Origin: the human T2T-CHM13v2.0 reference genome, Homo sapiens
DNA length: 64,000 bases
NCBI RefSeq assembly: GCF_009914755.1
Contig: NC_060931.1
Reading direction: 5' to 3' (one strand)
The notes under the pieces were generated by a model. It did no database searches and was not told the origin of the DNA. It was given only the letters and a program-made list of their open reading frames with translations. This document shows positions 1 to 12,504 of this stretch, piece by piece. Each line of letters starts with the position of its first letter. Position 1 is the first letter of the stretch. Position numbers and translations under genes: made by a program.

Positions 1-372
1 AATCATATAGGCAGAAACAGAGAAGTTCCAGCAGTATTAAACATTTTTATACTATACCAGGTATACACACCACAGCAATCTGAATGACTATAGATTGATA
101 CATTCCAAGGAATATTGCTTTATTATTTCATGAGGAGAGGTAGTGATCTGAGGGGGTCTTATCTCTGGCATCTTAGGTATTAGTTATTTCTAGAAACAGG
201 AGAAAAAAGTGTAGAAGTTTGCAGTTGCATGCCACGAGGCTCAGGATATTTAATGTTCCAGCAGCTTTAGGTTTAATTTACTTTAAGTTTGCATTATTTA
301 ATTTCACATTTCCCTCTTTCAATTGAGATCTTTCAAAGACAGCATCATGGATAAACTCAAACAGTTTTGGCT

Positions 373-958
373 TGAAGGAAATAAAAATATTTTACCCCAA
401 AATATATTTCTTTGAAATATTTTGAGATGGCTGACCAGAGGGCCTGCAGACAGTAGTCCTGTAATGCTGTCTTTTGTGGGCAAGATTTTCGTTTGTAGAC
501 AAAATCTGCATTGATGCAGTGAGGACTTCTTTGAAGGCCTTCCCTTGTCTGATCTAGAAAAGATTAACTGAGAGCCTGACACACTTAAAGATCTGAAAGA
601 AACATTTGCCACGTATTCTTTTTGAGATCTGTTACCAGTGAGATTTCATTTACATAACAAGACCATCTTTGCTAGCCAAGCTTCCTCTTCTCTCCCTCCC
701 ATAACCTGTCTTGCCACTGTAATCTGATTTACCACCATAATCTGTTTTGGGCCATGCTCTGAGCCCTTTCTGTCACTTCAATCATGATATGTAAGTTTCT
801 GTATTCCTTGAAGAACGGGTAATCACTCTAATTCTTGCCAATGTGCGCATTAATAATAAATTTGTATGCCTTTTCTCTAATTAATCTGCCTTTTGTGAGT
901 TGAGTTTTTCAGTGAACCTTCAGAGAGAAAAAAGAAAAGATTTCTTTTGGCCTTTACA
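373..958 (+). mobile_element. Solo ERV1 LTR (MER39/MER34-like, MER4 group)
   Basis: TG...CA termini, 586 bp, exact 4-bp TSD GGCT (369-372 and 959-962), AATAAA near 855. Confidence 0.85.
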
Positions 959-1136
959 GGCTCTTTTTATGTTCAAGAACTTAGTCCTACATTGCTAGAA
1001 AGGCTCATTCACGGAGTGTCGTGTCTTATGGCAGGAGGAATTTATCAAGCTATAAAGTTGATAGGGCATAGGACAAATTTAAAGCAGCATGAGGAAAGTG
1101 ACTTTGTAACCTGAGACAGGCTACCAGACTACATCT

Positions 1137-2400
1137 TTAATTAATGCAATTTATTTGAGTAACCATTATTTTAGTTTCTTTAGTTGTATATTGACTCCAT
1201 TGTGAACAAATGCCACAGCAGCAGTGAAGACAAAAAGAGGACAAAACACAACAAATGATTATAATTCCTAGAATAAGTAAAAGCTTTTTCCACCAGTTTT
1301 CTCAGTATCAAAACCAGCTACTTACCCAATCACTTGGAGAGACTGTTGTATCTAAAAGTTTAGTTATTCGGGTTTTTATATCAGCCATTACTTTAGTGAT
1401 GTTATCTGATTCATCTGGGATACAGGCACAACACTCAGTTTTTATCATTGTGCATGTTCCCTCTTGGGCTGCAGTGAGTATGTCTAAAGCCACACTGTTC
1501 TGTATTAGAGCCTTTCTTCATTGTTTCGTAACGAGATACCCATAAGACTATTATTTAGGGCCTTTTTTATATAATTGGTTACGGCCTCTACACACCAAAT
1601 GAAATCCTCAGTAACCAGTTGCAGGAGAAAGACAGAAGCTAAATGATCACGTCAATAGAATACAGAAAAATTCCAACAAGATTGTAAATGAGGAAGATTT
1701 GCAGGTTTTGAAAGGGTACGAACTTAGCCTGGTATCCAGGAATAGCCTCAAAGACACCATCCTAACCATCTTGGGGGTAGCTAAGCCTGTAGATTGATCG
1801 TGCACAGCCAAGATGTTTCGTTTAGAGATAACTAATAGATAGTCATGGTACCCATTCAGTGGCACGCCAACCAGTACTTTGTCATATAATGTTGTGGATA
1901 CACTGTTCTTTGAGTATCTATCCCACATCACTAGTGTTACTGGGCCATGTATCGTTGGTGTGATATTTTTTGTTCCCAACATAAAGGGGTGAGCTAAGTG
2001 ACCAAAAGAGGGGAAAAGCCATATTAAACCATCCCAAATTTGTTATACTATCACAGAATTCAGTTGTCCTAACTCTCGGTTGTGTTAACACCAGTGAAAA
2101 GGCTAACAAACTGGTTTCTTTTACCAAAAAGCTCACCTCATGCCTTTTGCTTTGTGAAGTATTATGAATAGGTCAGTGATGTACATCATCTTTAGTCCTA
2201 CAAGTGCTAAGCACTGATGACTATTGTAGAAAAACTAATATATTTATAATACTCTATCCAATCTTGTCCTTGGAGAGGAGATATCCACCATGTAGGTCAC
2301 AAACACTAGAGAGGAGCATGAGGCCACATACCAGCTTTAAAGATTATTTTTTCTTTTGCTTACATCACAAAGATTCACATCCTCTTTTCAGAGATAAACT
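1137..2400 (-). pseudogene. env: Endogenous retroviral env pseudogene (SU remnants plus TM)
   Basis: LIQNSVALDILTAAQEGTC immunosuppressive-domain motif; CTMIKTECC = CX6CC; after two in-frame TGA the hydrophobic anchor WWKKLLLILGIIIICCVL and a Cys-rich tail end at TAA 1137-1139. Confidence 0.9.
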
Positions 2401-3534
2401 TTTTTCTCCATAACCAAAATTTTGAATGAGGGAAAAGGTTGTAAAAACTCTAATGAGTCATTTCAAACAAAATCTGATCCTCAAAGAAAAATGAAAACCA
2501 CAAATGTGCAATTAGCAGGCTCTCTAGAGAATAACAAATGAAATTCCTGTCTCACAGTAGAGCTTTAATACCAATCCCATCAAGTTAAAAATGTGTGTGG
2601 CTCAAATACTGTCTGAATCTTCAACCAAACCTGGGAGGATTTGGACCAAGAGGGGCCTTATCAGAGATCCCTGCTGACTTGGGTGAGGTCAGGTGAATGA
2701 CGTCATTTATGTTGAATGTCACTTTTAAAAAAACTTTCCAAAATCTAAGTAAGAGTTGCCATGATCCCCACTTCTACGTTCCCTGGATTGTCACAAAAAC
2801 AAACAAAACCTTTTTGCAGGTTAAAGTATCTGTGGAGGGTTGGGGGATCAGGGGAGACCATTGGTAGTCTCACAGAAACAAGTAGGGTCATTTTCTGCTG
2901 CTGCTGTCACCACCATATAATGTCATAGGTCCTCTTTGACTTTCCGTTGTCTCTCGACTACTTTAGCCCTAGTGATATCTCAACTACCAAGGCTCATGAG
3001 GTCCCATAAAGGAGGGTGAAGTTCCATGAAAGAGATTCTCTTTCTTCTTGTCTAGGCTCCCAAGCCTGGGGCACTAAGTGCCCATTCTTTGAAGAATCCC
3101 ACCAACCATTTACCCCATGGCCACTTTAGTTTAAAGTCTGTCACCTTAGATGTAATGTACTTAAGTGCTTCAGGATGTTCTTGGAAAAAAAACTCTACGA
3201 CCTTTGTTTTTTATCTCAATGCTAAGGAGCTATTTCTCTTTTAAGTCCTTAAAAAGATTTTAAATTCCTTAAAAAGATCTTTTAAATCCTTCCCATCTAC
3301 CATACTTAGAAAATAAATCCAAATTATTTCAAGGAACTTAGGGTCTTCAAAGACTCAGGGAAATTTCTATATTTAACCGTTATCTATTCTTCTCATGTCT
3401 TCAGAGGAAATGAACCTGAGAAGAGTATTTCATTTCTCTTATATGCCCAGAAATATTGTTTTATGCATAATCCCAGCATACTTAATAAAAGGATGATTTA
3501 CAAAGTATAGCAAGTATGTCAAAAAAATCACAAA

Positions 3535-4424
3535 GTATTTTAGTTATTTATTGCTGTATAACAAATTACCCTAAAACTTAGTAGCTTAAAACAACAAACA
3601 TTTGTTACCTCATGGTTTCTTTCAGGCAGGTATTCCGGCACAGTTTAGCTAGTTGTCTCTGGCTCAAAGTCTCATACAAGATTGAAGTCAAGCTATCCTC
3701 CAGGGATGCAGTCTCACTGAAAGACCTGACTGGGGATAAAGAAGTGGCTTCCAAGCTCATTCACATTGGTGTGAATAAGTCTTGATCCCATGAGGTAAAG
3801 GTTTCTCCACAGGGCTGTTCTAGGTCATAGCAGCTGGCTTCCTCCAAGGCAAGTGATCCAAGAGAGAGTGGCCAGGGCAGGAGTCAAAGCCTTTTTATAA
3901 ACTTATCTCAGAAGTGACATCCTAGCTCATGTTCTTTATTCATTTGTTAGAAGTGAGTTAATAAATTCCACTCACATTCAAGAGGAGAGAATCACACAAC
4001 AGTGTGACTACTGCAAAGCAGGAATCATTGGGGGCCATCTTAGAGGCTACCTTAGTTGTCCAGGCTGCTATAACAAAACTATCATAGACTGGGGATTTAA
4101 ACAACAACAAACATTTATGTCTTACAGTTCTGAAGGCTAGGAAATCCAAAATCAAGCCTCCAGAAGATTTGGTATGTGGCAAGGCCTCACTTTTTGGTTC
4201 ATAGATGTCCATCTTCTCTCTGTGTCCTCACATGGTGGAAAAGGTGAAGGGGCTTTCTTGGGTCTCTTTTATAAGGGCACCAATCCCTTTATGCACTGCA
4301 TTGTCTTGGCCTAATTACCTTCCAAAGCCTACCTCCTAGTGCCATCACATTGAGGATTAGGATTTCAACATATACATTTTGAGAGGACACAAACATTCAG
4401 TCCATTACAGAGGCTGCCTACCCC
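3535..4424 (-). mobile_element. MaLR LTR (MLT1F/G/H-like), split by a nested younger LTR
   Basis: TATTGCTGTATAACAAATTACCCTAAAACTTAGT start; GGGGCCATCTTAGAGGC|TGCCTACC end rejoins across the insertion. Confidence 0.75.
4048..4409 (-). mobile_element. MaLR solo LTR (MLT1A-like) nested in MLT1
   Basis: About 360 bp, ends ACAAACATTCAGTCCATTACA; 5-bp TSD GAGGC (4043-4047, 4410-4414). Confidence 0.85.
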
Positions 4425-4479
4425 AAAAGGGGTGGTGAAGTATTCTAGGGTTCATTGCTGCTGAGTTGTTTTCATCCCT

Positions 4480-4802
4480 AGGGCAAAGGAGGAAGGGGTG
4501 AGAGAAGTTTCCAGAACCTGGATGATTAGATCTATGTGAGGATGACAGTCTTGAGAGACATCCTTTGGTCAAGGGAACAGGTATTCCGAGATGACCCCGA
4601 AGAGGAGGAGCTAGGAGAATAAATACCCTTACCTTCTTCTTCTCTCTCTCTTCATCTATTGCTGGGTCTTTCAGCTGGCAGAACCCAGTGAGATGCCATG
4701 AGGCCAGAGAGCACAGTAATGCAGTTCACACACGTCAGCCTACCAAGGCTGAGAGTGGTTACAGAGTGGGTCTGCAGGGGCAGACAGAAGACATCCAGCA
4801 TA
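4480..4802 (-). mobile_element. Old ERVL-type LTR fragment
   Basis: GGAGAATAAATACCC and GGGGCAGACAGAAGACATCCAGCA resemble LTR33/LTR41-type ends. Confidence 0.45.
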
Positions 4803-5014
4803 TTATGCTTCTGTATCTGGAAAATTTCCTCCCAGGGAATCCGTGTTTAAAAGATTGATTTGAATTATTTGGTTTTTAAAGTATGAGTTATATTAACAAT
4901 TACATTATAAATTCCAAGTCAGCAGGGATGAAGTTACATTCGTCTTTGAACACACTGCATGCACTACCTTGCCTGTGCTAAAATAGGTTCTTAAAAATCA
5001 CAGCCATATTATTT

Positions 5015-5335
5015 GAGAGCTGGATGGAACCTTATAGATATTTATTTAGTAAACACTCTTAGGGATGAGAAAATTGCTGAGATGTTAAGTGAATTGCCTA
5101 AGATCACACAATGCTAAGCCCACATGTTCCAACACTATCTATAATTTACTAATTCCTTAACAGTAATGATAATAATAATAACAAATTACAAGTACATAAC
5201 ATTTTATAGCTTACAATGAGCTTCCACCCACCTCATCTCCCTTGACTTTCACAATAATCCTGAGATACTTGAAAGGTAGATGTTATTATTTTCATTTTAC
5301 AACTAAGAAAATGACCTACATAAAAGTTAGCTATT
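5015..5335. mobile_element. MIR fragments
   Basis: GATGAGAAAATTG..GTTAAGTGAATTGCCTAAGATCACACA and TTATTATTTTCATTTTACA core motifs. Confidence 0.6.
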
Positions 5336-5784
5336 TTCAACAGAACAAAAAGTCACATAATAAGCACAGAAAATAATCCGAAAGTTTGGGGGGTTTTCAG
5401 ACTCAGCCATTCAGTCCCATCAGATAGAATCATCTTCTCTAATTAGCTAAGGCAGTCCTCTGATACAGGCACTGAGGGGCCACTCAATGAGAAACCAAGA
5501 TGAGAACATCCTGTATGAAAGGGGTGAGTGCAGAGTGAAGTGGATCCCCATGGATTTCTAAGGGGAGAAGGGATATAAAGTCCTGCTAAGGGGACTTCCT
5601 TCTCTACCACTCATGGAGCTGTTCCTGTACTTCCTGGTGACACACCTATGGCACTCTCCAGAAAATAAAGCCTATATCCTCTTAGGGGAATCTACACAAA
5701 GAGCACAAACAGAAAAGCTCCAGCAAGATGTGGGGCAAAAGGAGGTTCTTGGGCACAACCCTGTGGAAGATGAAGCTTATAACA

Positions 5785-6322
5785 TTGTTCTAGTTATCTA
5801 TCGTTATATGACAAACCCCAAAGCTTAATGGCTTAAAACAACAACTCTTTTTGTTATTATAGCTCACAATTTCAGGGATCCAGAATTTGGGCAGGGCTCT
5901 ATTGGGCAATTTTTCTGTTTCACATGGCAATGACTAGGTTGATTTAGTGGTAGTCAGCTTGCACCTGGTCTGGTCTGGAGGCGTCAAGAGACATCACTCA
6001 CATAACTGATGTCTCAGTGAACAGCCTGAATGCTGAGCTCAAATTTGCCCCCATCCCAGGTAGTTTCAGGGCCCTCTATAAGGTATCTCCAGTAGGGTGG
6101 CTGGATTTCTTACATGGCTTCTTGAGACTCCCAAAGACTTAGGAGGAAGTTGTTAGCCTTTTCTCAGGAACTAGGCCTAGAAGTGCCCTAGCATTAGTTT
6201 GGCTGCACAGTGTTTGTCAAAGAAGTTACAGGCTGGCCTGATTCAGGGAGTGTGGTTAAACAGGCTTTGCCATTTGTTTAGAAGAATGCCAAATAATTTG
6301 TGACCATCTTTAATCCATGACA
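5785..6322 (-). mobile_element. MaLR LTR (MLT1 family)
   Basis: AAACCCCAAAGCTTAATGGCTTAAAACAAC ... GACCATCTTTAATC pattern. Confidence 0.7.
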
Positions 6323-6568
6323 ACTTTCCCGCATAAACTGCTCCTATTTTCTAAATTCCAATGTTTTTATAGTTACAATTTGAAGGAAATAACTAAGACA
6401 CAAACTGGGGTAATTTTTAGTTCTAGCAACATACATTTAATTGTAAAAATTTAAGACTCAGTTGGAGAGATAAGTTGAGACCACTGATCTCTTTAGTGTA
6501 ACTGGTATGAGTCTTGCTTCATCAACCTGAGTTTAAATAACATGTATTCACAATCTAAAATATGATGT

Positions 6569-6815
6569 CTTTTTTTTTTTTTTTTTTTTTTGAGACACCC
6601 CGCCTAGAGTACAGCCTCGGCTCACTGCCGTCTCCACCTTCCAGGTTCAAGCAATTCTCCTGCCTTAGCCTCCCAAGTAGCTGGGATTACAGGCTCCCAT
6701 CACCATGCCCAGATAATTTTTGTGTTCTTAGTAGAGATGGGGTTTCATCATGTTGGCCAGGCAGGTCTCGAACTCCTGGCTTCAAGTGATCTACCTGCCT
6801 TGGCCTCCCAAAGTG
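6569..6815 (-). mobile_element. AluS, 5'-truncated with internal deletions
   Basis: Poly-T then Alu body; 13-bp TSD TAAAATATGATGT (6556-6568, 6816-6828). Confidence 0.92.
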
Positions 6816-6860
6816 TAAAATATGATGTTCTTAATCCTCCCAAACATCTACTTAACCTTG

Positions 6861-7232
6861 TGTATTAGTTTGTTTTCATGTGGCTGATAAAGACATACCC
6901 AAGACTGGGTAATTTAGAAAGAAAAAAGGTTTAATTGACTCACAGTTCCACTCGGCTGGGGAGGCCTCACAATCATGGCAGAAGGCAAGAAGGAGCAAAG
7001 TCACATCTTACATGGATGGCAGCAGGCAAAAAGAAAGAACTTGTGCTGGGAAACTCCTCTTTAGAAAACCATCAGATCTCATAAGACTTATTGACTATCA
7101 CGAGAATAGCATGGGAAAGACCTGCCCCCATGATTCAATTTCTTCCCACTGGGTCCCTCTCATGACATGTGGGAATTGTGGGAGTTACAATTCAAGATGA
7201 GATTTGGGTGGGGACACAGCCAAACCATATTA
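6861..7232 (-). mobile_element. THE1 (B/C/D) solo LTR
   Basis: TGTATTAGT...GGGACACAGCCAAACCATAT; 5-bp TSD CCTTG (6856-6860, 7233-7237). Confidence 0.93.
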
Positions 7233-7266
7233 CCTTGCAGTTATTTACAGATTCCCCATTCCACGT

Positions 7267-7385
7267 CTGGCAGATCAGCTCAATATCTTTGCCAAGGGCT
7301 TCTCCAACTTCTATGCCATCAAGAAGAAGGACAAGCTGGAGCAAGTGGCAAAGTCCAACTGCTGATTTCTCCCACTGCTGCCTCC
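7267..7385 (+). pseudogene. RPS5: 5'-truncated processed pseudogene fragment of 40S ribosomal protein S5 (uS7)
   Basis: 7267-7365 translates LADQLNIFAKGFSNFYAIKKKDKLEQVAKSNC*, 23/32 identical to the recalled RPS5 C-terminus [32 protein letters not shown]; followed by 3'UTR-like TTTCTCCCACTGCTGCC. Confidence 0.9.
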
Positions 7386-7989
7386 CAAAAGGGGGGCCCC
7401 TCCCCCCAAAAAAGAGTCCTAGGCATGCTTATTATATCCGTTGTTCACCTCTCTCTGTCAGGAGCTTGGGGTTGTCCCTCTAAACAAGATTCTACAAGAA
7501 GCTTCTGCTGCTGTCACGTCTCTAGTCTTGATGCTTTCACCAAGATCCACCATTTCCAGTGATATCTTTGTGCACATTATTAAGGACATTCATTGCTGCT
7601 ATTTCAATCCCCATGGTGCTGTAAAGAATAGCTCTCCCTTTCTAAGTGAAAAGGACAAAGCTTCCTCCTTATTTTTTATTCTCACAGAGTTATTCCATCA
7701 TGAAGCTGCTCAAGTGCCAAATGTTGCCATGCTTTTCATTCTTCTACACAGAGCCATGAACCCCAGGATCCCTAAAACAGCCAGAGGAGCTGGCACTGGA
7801 TGCATTTCAGCACCTGCCAGGCTGCCTGTTATGTCCAGATTTCCACTCACAGGCTTTGCTTTGAAAGAGCTGCTTCACAGTTTCCAATGCAAGGCCATTG
7901 TTGTCTGCTCGCAGAATATTCCTAATGGGCACCGAATGAAGCTTACCAATGTTGCTTTTAACTTTTTGGAAACAAAACCATTAAATTAA

Positions 7990-8950
7990 TTCTTCTTTGT
8001 TATCAATACAATACATATTCATGATAAAAACTGTGGAGTTTCCAGATAAGCTGTTTGCTTTCCAGACAAGCTGTTGCTCAAACTCTCTGTTTGAGAGTAA
8101 AGATAATGTTAACAAGAGATAAATTCTGTTAACATTTTGCCAAATGTTTTCTCATATTTTTAATTGTGTATAAATGAATATGAATATATATGGACATATT
8201 ATACATTGTTTTATAAACAGCCTTTTCACTTGATAAACTATCTTGAACATTTTCAGTATTGATAATAATCTTGAAGATCATAATTTTAAATGGCTGCATA
8301 ATATTTCATTTTGTGGATTCCAATAGACTATTTCACCACTTATTTATTGATGAAAGTGTAGGTTGCTTTACTTTTTCACTCTTATAAATAATACTATGTC
8401 GAAAATGCTTATAAATGTATTTTAAAATACACATCCATTTTTCCCTTAAAATCGGACCCAAATCCCTTCATTTGTAATTGTTGGGTAAAAGAGTTTGCCA
8501 ATTTTTGGAACTTTTGATACAACCATTGTAAAAGGGGTTCAAATATTCTTGGGCACTAGCAACATATACAGTAGGGATTATCATAATTTTTAACTTTTGT
8601 CACCAGATGAAAAATTGCATTTTGTTGCTTTGTATTTCTTAAATATCTGGTTAGATTGAAACTTTTTCCATATTTTACTGATCATTTTTAATTCTTATTT
8701 TGTCAATTATTTTTTCACTTATCCACTCAAAAATATTTATCAAATACATAATACGTGTCAGATAGATTACTCCTTATCTCTTTTTCCAACCATCTGTTGG
8801 GATGCTTCTAAACGTTTTACTAATTTGCATCAGCTCTTATATAGTGAAGATATTGCCTCTCCTAGCCTACACCTTTTTCCAGTTTTGCTTGTCTTTAATA
8901 ATTTTATGTCTTTTTTAATATAGAGTTTATATTTTAATGTACCAAATACT
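7990..8950 (-). mobile_element. Ancient L1M 3' fragment
   Basis: TTTTAAATGGCTGCATAATATTTCATT and similar T-rich antisense L1M motifs. Confidence 0.6.
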
Positions 8951-8959
8951 AAAACTTAT

Positions 8960-8998
8960 TGTGTGTGTGTGCCTGTGCGTGTGTGTGTGTGTGTGTGT
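8960..8998. repeat. (TG)n microsatellite, interrupted
   Basis: Direct reading. Confidence 0.95.
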
Positions 8999-9589
8999 CT
9001 TTATACTTAGAAATGTCCTTACTATGAATGAAGAAATGGAAGAGCAGAATGCTTAGAATCATTAAGCTGATGTTATGTCCTCAAAGATTCTGTTATTAAA
9101 TGAAATGGATTATTGTGGCCATAATGATTTGGAATATAGTTCAAACATTATTACAACCTATTCTAAAAGCTGTTGATTTCTGATAGCTTGACGGAATCTG
9201 AGATTGATGTGATTAATATTAAGAACTTGTCTATATCACATATTTGAAACCATAATTAAATTTGGGTAATGTCTTTACCTTGTCAAAATCCCTCTGGCAG
9301 CCTCATCTATTTCTAAATAAAATGAGAAAATGGAAGAGAATAAAATTGCATTTATAGTATTATTGATTATAGAAATAATGTATTTTAAACTTGCAATTCT
9401 GAGCATAATCTTCTCATATGTAAATGCCACTATCCAGAATGCCTTCCATGACTGTAGCATGGATTATGTGACCCTTGAACACTTTGTCATATCTCCTCAT
9501 TCTTCTCTTTCCAGTCACATACAGAAATGGTGACTTAAAATTATTCAGAGATTTGTGGAATTGCTGGTTTAATGTTGGCCTCTTCTATA

Positions 9590-9700
9590 ACACAAACTCT
9601 GCAAGGGACACCTGTTTTGCTGATCACTGTATCCCCAGGACCTAAAAGAGTGCTGCAAGATGCTTGCAACGCAGAAGTACTGAATCAATAAACGAGCAAA
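9590..9700 (+). mobile_element. L2 3' end fragment
   Basis: TCACTGTATCCCCAGGACCTAAAAGAGTG...TGAATCAATAAA. Confidence 0.55.
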
Positions 9701-9883
9701 TGGACCAAAGAGGTCCATTCTATGTGGACGTGGGCTTTCTGTCTTACCTTTTGAGTCATGTGGAAGGAAAATTGGGAAAGATTGATAATTCACTTTTCTG
9801 CTTTATTTAAAGAGAAAGAAGAGAGAATGACACACTAGTTTGCACTGTCATTGTAACGGCAGCAACTCTAATTAGACATGGGT

Positions 9884-10051
9884 CAGGGGAAAGCCACAGC
9901 CTGAGGCCCTGGGTCAAATCTAGCCATGCCACTCATTTACACATCATTGATGGTTGCTTTCTTGCCAACTGCAGAGCTGAGTAGTTCGTCTGGATCACAA
10001 AGCTTAAAATTTTTATTATCTGACCTTTTACAGAAAGTTTGCTGACCCCTG
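9884..10051 (+). mobile_element. MER58A hAT-Charlie DNA transposon
   Basis: CAGGGG...TTTACAGAAAGTTTGCTGACCCCTG termini and internal GCAGAGCTGAGTAGTT. Confidence 0.8.
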
Positions 10052-12067
10052 CATTTGACAAGTGAGCACACTCAATAACATGATTCCCAATAGTTATATT
10101 AGCGTTACTTTGCCATTGAGGAGATCATGACTGTGTGGCTTGAACCCTGTGTGGACCTATCTAATGAACAGGTCAGTGCTAACGTGCCAGCCCAGGATGC
10201 TGCTGACTGAGAGAGGCTGGGGACAAATTTAATGGATTCCTTCCTGGATCCGGACAGAAAGGAGAACTCTATGCAGGGCTGTTAACTTAGCACTGCCTAA
10301 CAGTGTCCAGCAATAAAAGTCCAAAGGTTAAAAATTCCACGTACTACATTTCTGATCATTTTAATGTGAGAATTTCCTTCTCTTATAGAAACTTGTTGTC
10401 CATGAAATTTGTCATTCAAAATTTTGACCAAGCTGTCCTTATTCTCAAAATAAAACATTCTATCTGCAAATACCAGGGTCCTGAGTGCCATACATGAGGT
10501 GTTGTCCTTCTAGTTCTAAACACTGGTGACTTTTCCTGTGTAGGAGACTTCCTCCTCCATCTCCTGAATATATCCACTAGAGCTGCTAAAACCCTACCTC
10601 TTGTTAAGGATTTTAGATAACCACTTCCAATGTTGGACATCATGATAGGATAGCAGAATTATGAAATGGTACCACAATCCCACCATTGAAAATAGGTGAG
10701 ATCCATGTGGCACAAGACCCAGAAAAGAAACCAGGGGAAAAAACCAAAAAACAAACAAAAAACCCCAAAAAACACTAAGTAGCTGCCTGTTAGCTGTGCT
10801 TAAAAACCTAAACAATGATGTTTGACTCTGGTAGATTGAGACTGGACTGTGTGGCTAAGTCTAGAGATTTAAGGCTGTCTTCCTTCTTTTCATTTGAAAA
10901 TGCCCCTCCGCCTGCACTCCCAAAACAGTCCCGGAGGAGATGGATGTAGAAAGAGACAGAGCAGGAGAAAGTCCTGTGCTTGCCTGGACCTCAGCACCGC
11001 AGAAGTCCATAGTGGGGCAGGAATGTCAGAGAAGAGAGCACAGGAGGGAAATGGCCCTGGGGTATCTGAAGTCGTGGGTATCAGGTCTGATTCCTACGTG
11101 GGCAACCTGGGTGTAGAAGGGAAAAGAAAGAATGAACTCCCTCTGACCTTCTGGTGCCCAGTGATTCCAGCCACTAGAAACAAAACCGGCAATGTATCCT
11201 GGAGCCTGGCTTTTGAGACCAGTATTCCTCCTACTTGCTGGGTGGGCATGGGGAAGAGTTAAGGCGACAACTTTACCTCGCATGGCTGCGCATGCTATTG
11301 GTCAGGAAAAGACTACTTCTTTGGGCTAAAGTTGCAATGGGTGAAAACAAAAGGCACTGGGCTTGATTTCCATCTATTACTCACAGAGACCTCATGGGGC
11401 AGGGTGGCTTACCAAAGACAGAATTCAGATCCCCTGGATATCTAAGACAAATGCTATGCTTACAGTGCCCCTTTAGATGGGAGGAAAATGGGACACAGGA
11501 CTAGAGAATCTCTAAGGTCCTTTCTCGCTCTGATTGATAGCTGAAAGGTAGGTAGAGATAAGGAAACTGCCTTTAGAGGCAGATACACTGAAGGCAGAGG
11601 CATATTTACAGAGAAATTGAACACAAAGCGGGAAGAAAATCTACAAAAGTCAGGAACTCAGAAATCAGAGCAGCTTATGACCGTGGTGTATAGAACCTTA
11701 TATATTTAAGTAAACCCTGTGGGTCTACACATCAGGAAAATGAAGAGCCGTGTTCAGAAAACCTGGCTTAAGGGTGGGGGAGATTGGATAACGTAGGTTA
11801 GCTTGTCATCAACTTTGAGAAAATCTCCATTTGAACTTTTTGGCGTTCAAAGTTAATTTCAGTTAAGGAAGGTAAAGGAATTTCCTCCATTAGAAGCATA
11901 GCTTTCATGGATATTACTTGCCAAAAGAGGTTCAAAATGAGATTTATGCTATAATTGCTCCTAAGTAGCAACCAACAGCTCACCAACAGCGGACCTGAAA
12001 TAATTATTTTTACCCAGGAACCTCATGTTTCTTGGTAACTATTGCCAGTAGCAGGGTGCCTCTGTGA

Positions 12068-12504
<437 letters not shown>

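Larger units (their letters stand above)
1..2750 (-). mobile_element. Decayed class I (ERV1/gammaretrovirus-like) internal region; env and 3' UTR part, interrupted by a solo LTR at 373-958
   Basis: Minus-strand env TM motifs at 1137-1510; flanks rejoin across the GGCT TSD of the nested LTR; right boundary uncertain. Confidence 0.7.

Noticed and set aside
7012-7562. Overlapping ORFs of 62-131 aa
   Set aside because: They begin inside the THE1 LTR and cross the RPS5 fragment in the wrong frames
7441-7989. 182-aa + strand ORF, the longest non-L1 ORF
   Set aside because: Starts at TTG, has no recognisable domain or splice context, and about one ORF of this length is expected by chance in six frames of 64 kb
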